DNA of 64,000 nt from an uncultured delta proteobacterium (GCA_963755715.1 CAVWLW010000056.1:1-64000), one strand, 5' to 3'. Positions 30,206 to 41,085 are shown, counted from the first letter of the stretch. Translations and numbers: made by a program. The notes: a model not told the origin generated them from the sequence alone.

Positions 30206-32407
30206 TCATCGCGGTGTTGTAGCGGTGGCCGTGTTCGAGTAAGCGGAGGCACCTGCGCTGTTGAAAGCGCGCACGCGGTAGCGATAGGTGGTATTTCGCT
30301 TGAGGCCAGTGTTCGTATAGTTTTTGATATTCGCGCCCACCGTGGTGATCTCGATAAAATTAGTGCAGTTGGCTCCGGCGCAACGTTCGATCCTGAAGCC
30401 GGTCTCGTTGGCAGAATTGTCGGTCCACGACAGACTGATTTGAGTCTTGGATAACGCGCTCGCAAGCAGATTACTCGGAGCGGCGGGAATGGTTGGCGGA
30501 ATGGTATTGACCTGGATCGTTGCCGTGCTCGAACTGCTCGCGCCTTGGTTGTCGGTGACAGTGAGGCGCGCGATGTAAGTACCCGGCACGGAGTATGTAT
30601 GGTTGGTTGTTACCCCGGAGCCTGTTGCGCTATCGCCGAAGTTCCAGGCGTAGGAAACGATCGAACCGTCGGCATCGGATGAGCTACCGCCGTCGAAAGA
30701 GACATTCAGGGGCGCGACACCAGAAGTTGGCGCAGCTGCCATAACAGCAACGGGCGACTGATTGCCGCTCGCCACGGAGAGCACAAAAAGCGTGATGCTT
30801 TGGGCTGGCAGAGTGGCGCCGAACGTATTTCCGCTGAAGCTAACATCCGTGAGACGACTGATGGCGTTCGCCCCAGTTAGCTGCCACACCTGCGCCACAC
30901 CGTTGTGCGGAAAATTCGCGATATTGAAGCTTGCCGGCGTGTTGCCGGAGAGATATTTGCTGATGACCATGATGGTCAGACCGCCATCAGCTGAGCGTTC
31001 AGCGGCGAAAACGGAAACATTATCGGGATTCGGCCCGGTTGCAGCGATGCTGGTGTCGCCGAAGCTGGACTTGTTGCCGTCATAATTCCGATACATTTTC
31101 ATCGCCTTGTACGTTGGCGTGCTTGGGTCCGGCGTCGTCCAGCGCGCCGCCATGTCCAAACCCTCGCGCCCGAAGATGCCCAAGATATCCGCTTGTGCCG
31201 TAGCGCCATTGATATGATTCTCGGCGCCCCAATTGTATTCGGTGACGCCGGTGAGCGTGCCGGAATAGTAGCTATTCACCCAGGATTTAAGCCGCGGTAC
31301 TAGTTGAACGCGATCGTTGATCCAGGTTTCGTCGATGTAGCTCGGGTCCCAGAGCGAGCGGGTCGAGCGATTGCGCCTGAGTTGCATGGCGCTGGAAGTG
31401 TCGTTGCTGAATTCGCCGCCCTGCGGATAGTAGTGCACCGTGAAAACATCGAGTAACCGTTTGCCCGTGGCATTATTATTCTGCCGCAACTGATCGAGGA
31501 GCCAAGGCAAATAATCCCAACCGCCGTGATTGCTGCGATCGGGCATGAAGCTCCAGCCGTGCAAGCTGCCGTACTGTTGATCGTAGCCGCTCAAAATGTA
31601 ACCGCTCCAACCCCATTCTTCGGGGCCGACTACGAGCGCCGTCGGGTCAATCGCTTTGATCTTGCCCGCGTAGTCGATCATCTTATTTTTGATTTCATCC
31701 ATCGTCGCGCCGGTCGGATGAACATCGCGGTGAGTGGAATGCCAAATGCTCGGCTCGTTGTCGAGAATGTAATAGCGCAAGCCACCATTCACGTTCGTAC
31801 CCCAGCGGTTGACGAGATGTTGCGCCCAACCTTGCTGATAAATTGAATTCGACGGCACATTGGCGTCGGTGGGATCGTTGCCGGTGACGTATTGACCGCT
31901 GGTTCGAATGCCATTGCCCGCGTCCGCAAACCATTGCCAGTCGTTGCCGGTTTGCGCGCCGTATTTGGCGATGGAAAAACTCGCGAGCTTGCTGCGGTTG
32001 ACGCCGAGTTTAGCGACCCAATCGATCATCGGAATCGTTAACATCGCTTGAGCGTTTGCAGCCTTCGCATTTGTAATAAACGTATCCCCACGCTCGCCGG
32101 CGACGGCGCTTGGCTCCGGAATGCTTTCGAAATACCAATCGTTGGCCCGATTATCGGCGTTCAACTGCCAGTTATAGCGCGTGGTGTTGTTGCCGCCGTT
32201 ACGGTTGAGCGGGCTGTTCAGATCGTTCAATTGCGCTGTCGTCGCGTGCGCTACTCCATAAATGTTTGGATTGATCGCGCGGCGGCTCGCGTTGGCATCG
32301 ACGGTGATTGTTACGGCAGCATTTTGCGCGCTGAGCGAAAAGGGAAAGAAAAACAGAGAGAGAACGAGTAGCAGACAAAAAGACCTGACGATGTTCCTAA
32401 CATGCAT
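30206..32407 (-). CDS. Secreted glycoside hydrolase family 44 (endoglucanase/xyloglucanase) with PKD and FN3 domains
   Basis: GGNNTTRYNW..NADNRANDWYFES, LDNEPSIWHSTHRDVHP, VHYYPQ, TEYNWG; PKD SYAWNFGD...LTVTD; FN3 YRYRVRA. Confidence 0.9.
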   Translation of the reverse strand: MHVRNIVRSFCLLLVLSLFFFPFSLSAQNAAVTITVDANASRRAINPNIYGVAHATTAQLNDLNSPLNRNGGNNTTRYNWQLNADNRANDWYFESIPEPSAVAGERGDTFITNAKAANAQAMLTIPMIDWVAKLGVNRSKLASFSIAKYGAQTGNDWQWFADAGNGIRTSGQYVTGNDPTDANVPSNSIYQQGWAQHLVNRWGTNVNGGLRYYILDNEPSIWHSTHRDVHPTGATMDEIKNKMIDYAGKIKAIDPTALVVGPEEWGWSGYILSGYDQQYGSLHGWSFMPDRSNHGGWDYLPWLLDQLRQNNNATGKRLLDVFTVHYYPQGGEFSNDTSSAMQLRRNRSTRSLWDPSYIDETWINDRVQLVPRLKSWVNSYYSGTLTGVTEYNWGAENHINGATAQADILGIFGREGLDMAARWTTPDPSTPTYKAMKMYRNYDGNKSSFGDTSIAATGPNPDNVSVFAAERSADGGLTIMVISKYLSGNTPASFNIANFPHNGVAQVWQLTGANAISRLTDVSFSGNTFGATLPAQSITLFVLSVASGNQSPVAVMAAAPTSGVAPLNVSFDGGSSSDADGSIVSYAWNFGDSATGSGVTTNHTYSVPGTYIARLTVTDNQGASSSSTATIQVNTIPPTIPAAPSNLLASALSKTQISLSWTDNSANETGFRIERCAGANCTNFIEITTVGANIKNYTNTGLKRNTTYRYRVRAFNSAGASAYSNTATATTPR

Positions 32408-32451
32408 GGCATCCACTCCGTGACCCGGTGAAATCGAACGGCGGGATGAGG

Positions 32452-32467
32452 AGCACGATCTATGCCG
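32452..32467 (-). promoter_or_regulatory. Putative sigma54 (-24/-12) promoter
   Basis: CGGCATAGATCGTGCT (GG-N10-GC) 45 bp upstream of the GH44 start. Confidence 0.5.
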
Positions 32468-32678
32468 CGCTAACAGCGCATGGTCGCCGCGAATTTTGTA
32501 AGAATTTTTGTCAGGCCGAAGCTCAATAATCGTCAAACATGACGTCGCAATTGCGGCCGAGATGACAATGCTCGGCCGTGTTGACGGCGTGCCTGGTTTT
32601 TGGATATTTTCGTCAACATCGTGGCACAGCAGACGTGCATGGAGAATTCCTGCGACTGCTGATGACAAAAGGAGAATT

Positions 32679-34658
32679 GTGGCCAAACTTCATCAAGCGC
32701 ATGGGTTCGATGCCTCCATGGTTTCGTCGTCGATCGAGCGACAGATGGTTTATTGCCAGGCCCCCGAAGTGGCACGACTCCTCGAGGGAGACGGCTTATT
32801 TTGGCAGATCGCGCCGCTCGCTGAAGATTTCGCCAAGGAGATCAATGGCCCGACGGTTATCGTCGGCTCCGATCCAGGAATTTTCTCCAGCCCTGTGCGC
32901 GTAGCCATCGGGCTGGATCAAGCAAGACTCATTTACATTTCGGAAGAGGTGGCAATGCTGCCGCCTCGCGCGAATGACGTGCCGATCTTCGGTATTCTCT
33001 CTCGAACAGTGGGCGCGGAAACGCTTCGGAGTATGGTCGCCGCGGCGTTCGACAATCTTTCGCGCAGCCGTCGCCAAGCGAAACTCGAACAAGACCTTCG
33101 CCGCGCCAAGGGCGAGATCGATCAGTTGAACGAGATCGGCATCGCACTGTCAACGCAACGCGACCGCGAATCATTGCTCAACCTGATTTTGCAAAAAAGT
33201 TGCGACATTACCGATAGCGACGCGGGGTCGCTTTACTTGGTCGAGGAAAATGATCAGGGCACCAAGCAGCTGCGCTTCAAGACAACGCAAAACAACAGCA
33301 TGAGACTGTATCTTGGCGAATCTCTCCTGCCTTTGGATCGCACGAGTCTGGCGGGCTACGTAGCGTCGACCGGCGACGAAGTTCATCTCCCGGACGTTTA
33401 CCAGATCCCGTCGTCTTATCCCTTTACCTTCAATCGCAAGTTCGACGAGGAGAGCGGTTATCGCTCGAAGTCGATGCTCGTCGTGCCCATGAAAGATCCG
33501 CGCGGCGAGATCCTCGGCGTCATTCAGCTCATCAACTGCAAGCGTGACCCCGGCGCCGGGCGCCGACCAGCGACCGAGGCAAACGTGGTTCCTTTCCCTG
33601 AAGAATGCCGCGCGCTGCTCAGATCTTTGGCGAGTCAGGCAGCCGTCGCGCTCGAAAACATTCGGCTCTATCAAAGCATCGAAACGTTATTCGAAGGTTT
33701 CGTCCGAGCGTCGGTGAGCGCCATTGAAGCGCGCGATCCGACAACCTCCGGCCATTCCTTCCGGGTCGCCGATTTGACGGTGGCATTGGCGGAAGTCGTG
33801 GACCGCGCCGCATCGCACCGGTTTCGCGACATTCGTTTTAGCCACGCAGAGATGAAGGAAATTCGCTACGCTTCGCTGCTGCACGACTTCGGCAAGGTCG
33901 GTGTGCGCGAAGAGGTCCTGGTCAAGGCAAAAAAACTCTATCCTATGCAACTCGATATCGTGAAGGAGCGCTTCGCCTACGCGCGCAAGAGCCTGGAGCA
34001 TGAGCAGAGCGAGCGAAAACTCGCCTATCTTTTGGAAAAAGGCCGCGAAGCATTTCTCCAGCGCAGCGCGGCATTCGAGCGCGAGCTTGAAGAACAGGTG
34101 CACGAGCTCGACGAGTTTCTTAAATTCATCGTGAAATGCAACGAGCCGACGATTTTGCGCGAGGACAATTTCGCTCGATTGGGTGAGTTTGCTGCCCACC
34201 AGTTCGTCGATTCGGCGGGGCGGCGCCGCCCTTTGCTTTCGGCGCAGGAGCTGCGATTGCTGTCGATTTCACGGGGTAATTTGGACGATCAGGAGCGATC
34301 GCAAATCGAGTCCCATGTGAGTCACACGTTGAACTTTTTACGCCAGATTCCCTGGACCAAGGAGATCAAAAACATTCCCGCGATTGCGTCAGCGCATCAC
34401 GAAAAGCTCGATGGCACCGGCTATCCGAATAATTTATTCGCGCCGGAGATTCCGATTCAAGCCAAGATGATGACGATCTCGGATATCTATGATGCGCTGT
34501 CCGCAACCGACCGGCCGTACAAGAAAGCGGTGCCGGCGGAGCTGGCGCTCGATATTCTTTTTGACGAAGCCAAACGTGGGTTGGTCGACGCCGAGCTCTT
34601 GAATCTGTTCCAAGAAGCGGAGGTTTTCCGATTGACATCATCGTCCACCACCACCTGA
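32679..34658 (+). CDS. GAF + HD-GYP cyclic-dinucleotide phosphodiesterase
   Basis: GTG start behind AGGAG; GAF (DAGSLYL, SMLVVPM, GVIQLIN); TSGHS, LLHDFGKVGV, insertion, HHEKLDGTGYP, DIYDAL...RPYK. Confidence 0.9.
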   Translation: MAKLHQAHGFDASMVSSSIERQMVYCQAPEVARLLEGDGLFWQIAPLAEDFAKEINGPTVIVGSDPGIFSSPVRVAIGLDQARLIYISEEVAMLPPRANDVPIFGILSRTVGAETLRSMVAAAFDNLSRSRRQAKLEQDLRRAKGEIDQLNEIGIALSTQRDRESLLNLILQKSCDITDSDAGSLYLVEENDQGTKQLRFKTTQNNSMRLYLGESLLPLDRTSLAGYVASTGDEVHLPDVYQIPSSYPFTFNRKFDEESGYRSKSMLVVPMKDPRGEILGVIQLINCKRDPGAGRRPATEANVVPFPEECRALLRSLASQAAVALENIRLYQSIETLFEGFVRASVSAIEARDPTTSGHSFRVADLTVALAEVVDRAASHRFRDIRFSHAEMKEIRYASLLHDFGKVGVREEVLVKAKKLYPMQLDIVKERFAYARKSLEHEQSERKLAYLLEKGREAFLQRSAAFERELEEQVHELDEFLKFIVKCNEPTILREDNFARLGEFAAHQFVDSAGRRRPLLSAQELRLLSISRGNLDDQERSQIESHVSHTLNFLRQIPWTKEIKNIPAIASAHHEKLDGTGYPNNLFAPEIPIQAKMMTISDIYDALSATDRPYKKAVPAELALDILFDEAKRGLVDAELLNLFQEAEVFRLTSSSTTT

Positions 34659-34805
34659 TCGGCGGAGCTCAAAGTGCGCCTCGGAGCGGCGAACCGACCG
34701 CAGAGAATGAAATTAGCAAAACTCGATGGCAGACCATGTGAAATCGGCATGGACGGACGATGGCGCAGAATAATGCCGTCGTAAGAACCCAGCACTGCTG
34801 CGATT

Positions 34806-35853
34806 TCACTTTGAATACATTTGCCGGATAAAGCCCGACGCTTGCACTTCCTGGACAAAACTTAGGTCGACAAACTCTTTTGGATTCACCTTGGCGGCTT
34901 CAGGTCGAGTCGCGGACAGATAATCAAGATATGTCTTAACACCTTCAGGCGATGGTGTCGGTGTTTCGGGCAATAATTTCGCGAAAGCCTGATGAGTCCG
35001 TTCGAGGCTGTCGGGATTCGTGATTCGGGTGAACTTGCTGATGATCTTCATGGTGGAATCTTTGTCCGTTTTAAAGATGTGAATGGCTTCCGACCAACGC
35101 GCGTACAAACTTGGTCATCAACGAGGCCTTCGACCGGATCGTGGCCTCTCGCGTGAGGGCGGCGTTCCAGTGAAACGGGATATTTAACGCACTGATGTCG
35201 ACGAGAGACTTGAAGCCGAGTTTCTCCGCCTCGCGAACGAAGGGTTCGACCAAGATGCTGAATTGCACGACTCCTTTTGAAAGCGCAGCGAGCGCGTCGG
35301 CCGTCGCTCCCACGGGCACAAGTTTGACATCGGTGTTGGGATCGATGCCCAGCCGGCTCAGCCCGAGGCGCATGCCGATTTCCGTCGTGGTCCCGGCGCG
35401 CCCGACTCCGCCGATTTTGCCTCTGAGCTGTTTTATGTCCGTGATGCTCTTTGGCGTGACGATGTGCGCGGGAAACGTCGGCACGATCGAGGCGATCATG
35501 ACCACGTCGGCGCCGGTCAAACGCGAATTCACCAGCGTGGTTACCGATGTAACGATTACATCGAGCTCGCCTGCGATCATTGCCTGCAGCGCCATCGGGC
35601 TGGCGTTGACGGAAATGAATTCTGCATTGACGCCTTGCTTTTTCAGCAAGCCTTTCTCTTGAACGATCCAAATGGTGGCGTTGGACGCGCCGCCTGCCCA
35701 GGCCACACGCAGCCGCTCCTGCGCTGTGGCGCGATCGCCAAAAGCCATCGCGCCTAACATTAAGGCGAGAGCGAGGATAAACTTACTTGATGCAAAATTC
35801 ATCGATGCATTTTGGCGTAGGTACGAGTTTCGTGCGGGATTCGTCCGTGTCAC
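34806..35853 (-). CDS. ABC transporter substrate-binding protein (NMT1/SsuA-like), frameshifted at ~35100
   Basis: ORFs 35071..35853 and 34806..35108 join into one SBP (GLLKKQGV, LRGKIGGV, DLSFVQEVQASGFI). Confidence 0.85.
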
Positions 35854-36869
35854 TTTTCGTAAAGCTTTTTAATAAATCCCGTTTTGTCGAGCTCTTCGAC
35901 AAAGCTTCGGTCGACATACTCCTCGGGCTTGTGCTCCATCACTTCGGGCCGAGTCGCGGAGACGTACTCGAAGCTGGTCTTCATGCCGGCCGTGTTCGGA
36001 TAGGGCGCGGGCAGAAACGCTTTCGCGAAAAGATCGTAGGATTCGTTGGCCAGTTCTTCATTGTCCAAGCGCAGCGTCTTCTTGATCACTTTCTTGCCGA
36101 ACTCGCGGTCGCGCTTGAATAGCGCCGTCGCTTCCAAATGGGCCTTCATGTAATTCATCACCAGCTCGCGGTCTTTCTGGATGATCGAGCGCCGAGTGGT
36201 GATCTCGATCCACGGATAGTCGATCTCCTTTGCCGAGTTCCAGAGCATCGGAAAACCCATTTTCATGGCGATGCCGTAGCCGGGAAACGACAGCGACGCC
36301 GCGTCGATGGAGCCTTGCTTGAGCGCGCCGATGCGCTCCGGGTCGCCGCCGATCTGGATGAGCGCGACGTCGCGCTGAGGGTTGAGGCCTTTCTTGCGCA
36401 GATGAAATTGGACGAGAAAATCGGTGAGCGAGCCGAAGGTGGTGACGCCGATCTTTTTGCCCTTGAGATCTTCGACCCTTTTGATCTCCGGCTTGACGAT
36501 CATAGCGTGGACGACGCCCGGCAAAGTGTGGCCGAGGATCACGAGATCGGCGCCGGAAAGGCCGGCATTGATCACCGTCGGAGTCGCGATCGGCGAGAAT
36601 TGGATGCTGCCGCCGATCATCGCCTTGGACGACTCGCCCGAACCGCGCATGGCGACCGGGTCGGCGTAGAGCCCGTATTTTTCGTAGAGCTTGGCTTCTT
36701 TGGCGACGAAGATGATGATGTTGCCCATGCTGACGGAGGAAACGCCAATGTAAATATGCTTGAGCGGTTTGGACTGTCCGAGAGCGCTCCAGGGCAGAGC
36801 AAGTGACAGTAAAAGTGCAGTAAGCAACCACGCTGAAAAATGAGGAGAAAACCGGCGTGCGTTAACCAT
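35850..36869 (-). CDS. ABC transporter substrate-binding protein (NMT1/SsuA-like)
   Basis: Signal peptide; LYEKYGL, DLKGKKIGVTTFGS, DRSFVEELDKTGFI. Confidence 0.9.
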   Translation of the reverse strand: MVNARRFSPHFSAWLLTALLLSLALPWSALGQSKPLKHIYIGVSSVSMGNIIIFVAKEAKLYEKYGLYADPVAMRGSGESSKAMIGGSIQFSPIATPTVINAGLSGADLVILGHTLPGVVHAMIVKPEIKRVEDLKGKKIGVTTFGSLTDFLVQFHLRKKGLNPQRDVALIQIGGDPERIGALKQGSIDAASLSFPGYGIAMKMGFPMLWNSAKEIDYPWIEITTRRSIIQKDRELVMNYMKAHLEATALFKRDREFGKKVIKKTLRLDNEELANESYDLFAKAFLPAPYPNTAGMKTSFEYVSATRPEVMEHKPEEYVDRSFVEELDKTGFIKKLYEK

Positions 36870-36925
36870 CTTTCACCTCCCACTTAGGCTGGTCAATCCA
36901 ACGAGGAGAGCGTTGACGAACCGCG

Positions 36926-38088
36926 CTACTTGATCACACTTTCGGCGCGCAGCGCGCTTAGCTCGGTGGTGCCCAATCCCAAAACTCTACCGAGAACTTC
37001 GTCGGTGTGCTGTCCCAGGGCCGGCGAGTCGTCGCGAATGCTCGCCGGCGTTTTCGACATGTGAATCCAGGGCGCGAGCAATTTCGTCGGACCGGCGGTG
37101 GGATGATTGCGGTCGATGAACGCTTTTCGTTCTTTGATATGCGGATCTTCGATCACTTCGCCCATCGACAACACCGGCGCGCCGAAATAGTCGATTTCGC
37201 GCAGCCCGTCCCATAATTCCTGGCGTTTCTTGCCGCGTATCCACGAGCGGATGAGCTCGTACAATTCGGCGCGATGTTGTTTGCGCGCCGGCGCCGTCGC
37301 GAAGCGCGCGTCCTCGAGCAGATCGTCGCGCTCCATGAACTTCGCGAGCTTTACCCAGCCGCGGTCACTGAGATCCGGAATGCGCAGAGTAAAATAACCG
37401 TCGGCCACGGGGACGGGCTTGTTGCCGATCTCGATGCCGATAAAGTGCTCGTGAAATTCGCTGATCATGAAACCGAGCAACGCTTCCTGCATCGACACGA
37501 CGATTCTTTGCCCCTCGCCGGTGCGCTCGCGGGCGTGGAGCGCGGCGAGAATGCCGCACACCATGCTGACGCCGGCGGCCTCGTCGCCGATGCCGATCGC
37601 TTTGGTGCCCGGCGCGCCGCTGTAGTTCCAGCCGGTGTGCGTCCAGCCGGTCATGCTGTTGTTCGTATGCGCCGTGCTGCCGTAGTCCTTGTACGGCCCG
37701 ATTCGCCGAAGCCGCGCGAGCAAGAATAGATGATGCGCGGATTGATTTTCTTCAGGTCGTCGTAGCCGAGGCCGAACTTTTCCATCGTTCCCGTATGATA
37801 ATTTTCCACCACGACATCTGCTTTCGCAATTAGCTGGCGCGCTAAATCGGCCCCTCGCGCATCTTTCAGATTGAGCACCACGCTCTTCTTGTTGGCGTTG
37901 ATCCATAAAAATTCGTAGCCGTCGATCTTACTGTTGGGCGGCATCCACGAGCGGCGAAAACCATCGCCCGCGGGCGGCTCGATTTTTATGATCTCCGCGC
38001 CCATGTGGCCGAGCATCATCGTGCAGAACGGACCGTTCAGCGCGTGAGTAAAGTCGATCACGCGAATGTCTTCCAGTGCGCCGGGCAT
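36926..38088 (-). CDS. CoA-transferase family III (CaiB/BaiF), frameshifted at ~37705
   Basis: LEDIRVIDFT..LNGPF, GAEIIKIEPP.GD, NANKKSVVLNLK, DVVVENY; C-terminal ARERTGEGQ, PALGQHTDEVL. Confidence 0.9.
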
Positions 38089-38366
38089 GATTACCTCCTC
38101 GATTTAGGAAAGGATGAAGATGAAGGCGGAAAGATGAAGTGAACACGAGAGCTGATTCGGCTTCGTCGATTGTTGATGGCCCCAATCATCGTAGACGACC
38201 GGACCATACCACGAATGGATAAGGAGGCAACAGAAATTCCGCCGGCGCGATTCGCAATTCTTCCCCGCTCGAAAACCTTGACAGCACGGCGGCGCCGGTA
38301 ATAGCGTGCACAACGGTCGCAGCCATTCGGGAAAAAGCCAGGTCGGAGCATGAAAATTCAGGAGGT

Positions 38367-39458
38367 ATGATGGCGATTCAAATTACACGCGTATGGGTTC
38401 TAACGGTCTCGGCAGTCATGCTCTGCCTTCTGGAGAGTTCGTGGATTTCCGCCGCGACTGTCGAGGAGATTGCCTTGATGAAATCAACCAATCGGGAAAA
38501 ACTTCTCGTCGAAGGCGCAAAGAAAGAAGGCAAGGTCGTGTTTTACACGGGCCTGATCGTCGATCAAGTCGTTCGGCCGGTGAAGGCCGCCTTCGAAAAA
38601 GAGTATCCGTTTGTTCAAGTGGATTTTTTCCGCGGCAACGCGGAAAGGTTGGCGCAAAAGATGCTGGCTGAGTATCAGGCGAAAAGATACGACGTCGACA
38701 TAGTCAGCGGCAGCGCCACGTCGACGATCGTGCAGCGCGCGGGCTTCATGCAGCGCTTCTACTCGCCGCATCTGGCCGAGTATCCGGCGGAGCTGAAAGA
38801 TCCCAAGGGATTTTGGGGCAGCACCAACGTTTATTTCATGACCCTCGGATACAACACACGCAGCGTTAAAGCGGCCGACTTGCCGAAGAGCTACGAAGAT
38901 CTGCTCAACCCGCGCTGGAAAGGCCAGATGATGTGGGCGACCAGCCGCGGCTCCGGCGCGCCGCAGTTCATCGGCAACATTTTTGTGACGATGGGGCAGG
39001 AAGCGGGTAAGGCGTATCTGCAAAAATTGAAGCAACAAAACATCGCCAAAAGCACCGCCAGCGCGCGCCAGATTCTCGACATGGTGATCGCCGGCGAGTA
39101 TCCGATGGCGATCCAGATTTTTAATCACCATGCCTACATCAGCAAGACGGCCGGCGCGCCGGTCGATTGGCAGCCGCTGGAGCCGGTCACGGCGACCAAC
39201 AATACCATCGGCGTCGCCAAGAACGCGCCACATCCTTACGCGACGATGCTGTTTATCGACTTTGTGCTGTCGCGACAGGGCCAGAAAGTTTTTCAAGCGT
39301 CCAATTATCTGCCGGCCCATCCGGACGTGCCTGCCTTGCAGGCTGATCTCAAACCGGGCGGCGGCCGCTTCAAAAAAGTGAACTATCTGAGCCCGGACCT
39401 GATCTATGACAAGAGCAACGAGTGGGGCGACTATTTCGACAAAGAGTTTCTCCGGTAA
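38367..39458 (+). CDS. Extracellular solute-binding protein (Fe3+/thiamine-type SBP family)
   Basis: EGAKKEGKVVFYT, YNT..V...PKSYEDLLNPRWKG, KNAPHP..AT.LFIDFVLS; CAGGAGG RBS. Confidence 0.88.
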   Translation: MMAIQITRVWVLTVSAVMLCLLESSWISAATVEEIALMKSTNREKLLVEGAKKEGKVVFYTGLIVDQVVRPVKAAFEKEYPFVQVDFFRGNAERLAQKMLAEYQAKRYDVDIVSGSATSTIVQRAGFMQRFYSPHLAEYPAELKDPKGFWGSTNVYFMTLGYNTRSVKAADLPKSYEDLLNPRWKGQMMWATSRGSGAPQFIGNIFVTMGQEAGKAYLQKLKQQNIAKSTASARQILDMVIAGEYPMAIQIFNHHAYISKTAGAPVDWQPLEPVTATNNTIGVAKNAPHPYATMLFIDFVLSRQGQKVFQASNYLPAHPDVPALQADLKPGGGRFKKVNYLSPDLIYDKSNEWGDYFDKEFLR

Positions 39459-39579
39459 CTTAAATTCTCTGGAAACTCGTTGTGGTATGAACCCTCCGGT
39501 AGTGGCATACTAGGGAAACAATCCGTTGTATGGTGCGCCTGGTAATTCGGTAGTTCGAGATTGGATGAGGGTAGCAACC

Positions 39580-39779
39580 ATGTCGAAGGTAGAAAAGCTC
39601 AAGATTGAAATCGAAACACTTCCTAAAGAAGAGTTCGCTGAACTCATCCGCTGGTTGTCAGAGAAAGATTGGGACACCTGGGATAGGGAGATCGAAGCCA
39701 TTCTCAGGCCGGCAATCTGGATTTCCTAGTACGCGAAGCGCATGACGCTAAAACGAAAAAAACTCTCAAGAACCTGTGA
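39580..39779 (+). CDS. Putative antitoxin of a RelE/ParE-like TA pair, frameshifted at ~39700
   Basis: MSKVEKLKIEIETLPKEEFAELIRWLSEKDWDTWDREIEA(D)SQAGNLDFLVREA...; stop overlaps toxin GTG. Confidence 0.65.
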
Positions 39780-40038
39780 GGCACCGCACAACCTCTCGAT
39801 TCTGGTCATGCTTTGGAATATTACCGGATGCGGTCCAGGCAGTGGCTCGGCGAAATTTCAATCTCCTCAAACAAAATCCTGCACACCCATCTCTCCATTT
39901 CAAAAAGGTTGGCAAACTTTGGTCCATAAGGGCAGGGCCGCATCATCGAGGTTAGCTACCGAAGATGGCCCAGATTTCATCTGGGTCTGGATCGGGTCGG
40001 ACGATGAGTACGAGCGTCTCATCAAGCAGCAGGGATAG
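39776..40038 (+). CDS. Putative RelE/ParE-like toxin, frameshifted at ~39950
   Basis: VRHRTTSRFWSCF..LP..VQ..ARRNF.LLK.NP.HPSLHFKKVG.LWSIRAG..HR / LA..DG..FIWVWIGS.DEYERLI. Confidence 0.7.
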
Positions 40039-40055
40039 AACTTTTCATCGGGCTA

Positions 40056-40334
40056 TTGGAGCCGGTGACCGCGACAAACAATTCCATCGGCCTCGCCAAA
40101 AATGCGCCGCACCCCAATGCCGCGATGCTTTTTTTAGATTTCGTGTTGTCCAAAAAAGGCCAGAGGGTTTTTCAAGCTGTAAACTACCTCCCCGCGCATC
40201 CTGAAGTTGCCGCGCTGCAGGCGGACTTGAAGCCCGGTATACGATTCAAAAAGGCCAACTATTTGAGTCCGGACGTTCTGTTGGACAAAGGGAATGAGTG
40301 GTCGGATTATTTTGATAAGGAATTTCTCCGGTGA
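40056..40334 (+). pseudogene. 3' fragment of an SBP paralogous to 38367..39458
   Basis: EPVTATNNSIGLAKNAPHP...DYFDKEFLR aligns with the last ~93 aa of the upstream SBP; no signal peptide or N-terminal domain. Confidence 0.8.
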
Positions 40335-40425
40335 GCGGCGTTAAATGACGGAGAAAGTATCGTTGTCGTGATTTTTAAAATTCCGTTTACACAGGCGGTA
40401 GGTTGATAGTTTGGGATCGACGTCC

Positions 40426-41085
40426 ATGATTCTCAAAGCGGACGCAGCGTGGCGATTCATAACGGGGTACAAGAAACTCCTCTTTGAGATCGACGGCGAA
40501 AGTAGGAGCGCCAAGGATGGTATTGTCCCGAAGCTGGCCGAAGCCAGAGCGAAATTGATGGAACAGCCCGCCTTGCTTCAGGAGGCGCAAGCCCGCTTAG
40601 TGGCCAGGTCAGAGTCAATTGATCCTGAAGTGCTCCAGGCTGTGGAGGGCTTGGAAGTGAGAGACTGGGTGTATCTGAAGGATACGAAAGTTTATTCGAT
40701 CTTCATGGATGCTGAAGCCAAGCGAGCGTTCGGTGTGCTAGGGCTGACCGATCGTCTGCGCGATATCGTTGGCGGTTCGGGGATTGTGCTTGAAACCGGT
40801 CTTGTACGCTATCGAGGACGCTTTGTTTGTGACGGTCTGATGTACAAAAAACTGTGGCTTGGGCCGGGCTACAAAAAGAGTTTTCACGCTGCTTTTTCGG
40901 AAATGAAAGCAGCGGGGCGATTTTATGTTGCGTGCGATGCCGACAGGGTGTCGCGTACTCTTCGATTGAGCGTGCCCGCGGACGCTTGCACTGCTTCGAG
41001 AATCCGGAAGCGTGTCGTAGTGGGAACGGTAAGCGACAACTTGAGGAAGGGCTGGCGGCCTGATGAAGGATCAGTATTTTGGTGA
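40426..41085 (+). CDS. Hypothetical protein
   Basis: 220-codon ORF, codon usage differs from neighbours; no family recognised. Confidence 0.55.
   Translation: MILKADAAWRFITGYKKLLFEIDGESRSAKDGIVPKLAEARAKLMEQPALLQEAQARLVARSESIDPEVLQAVEGLEVRDWVYLKDTKVYSIFMDAEAKRAFGVLGLTDRLRDIVGGSGIVLETGLVRYRGRFVCDGLMYKKLWLGPGYKKSFHAAFSEMKAAGRFYVACDADRVSRTLRLSVPADACTASRIRKRVVVGTVSDNLRKGWRPDEGSVFW

Noticed and set aside
38108-38143. GATGAA-rich short tandem repeats
   Set aside because: Low-complexity tract with no spacer structure or inverted partner; not a CRISPR array
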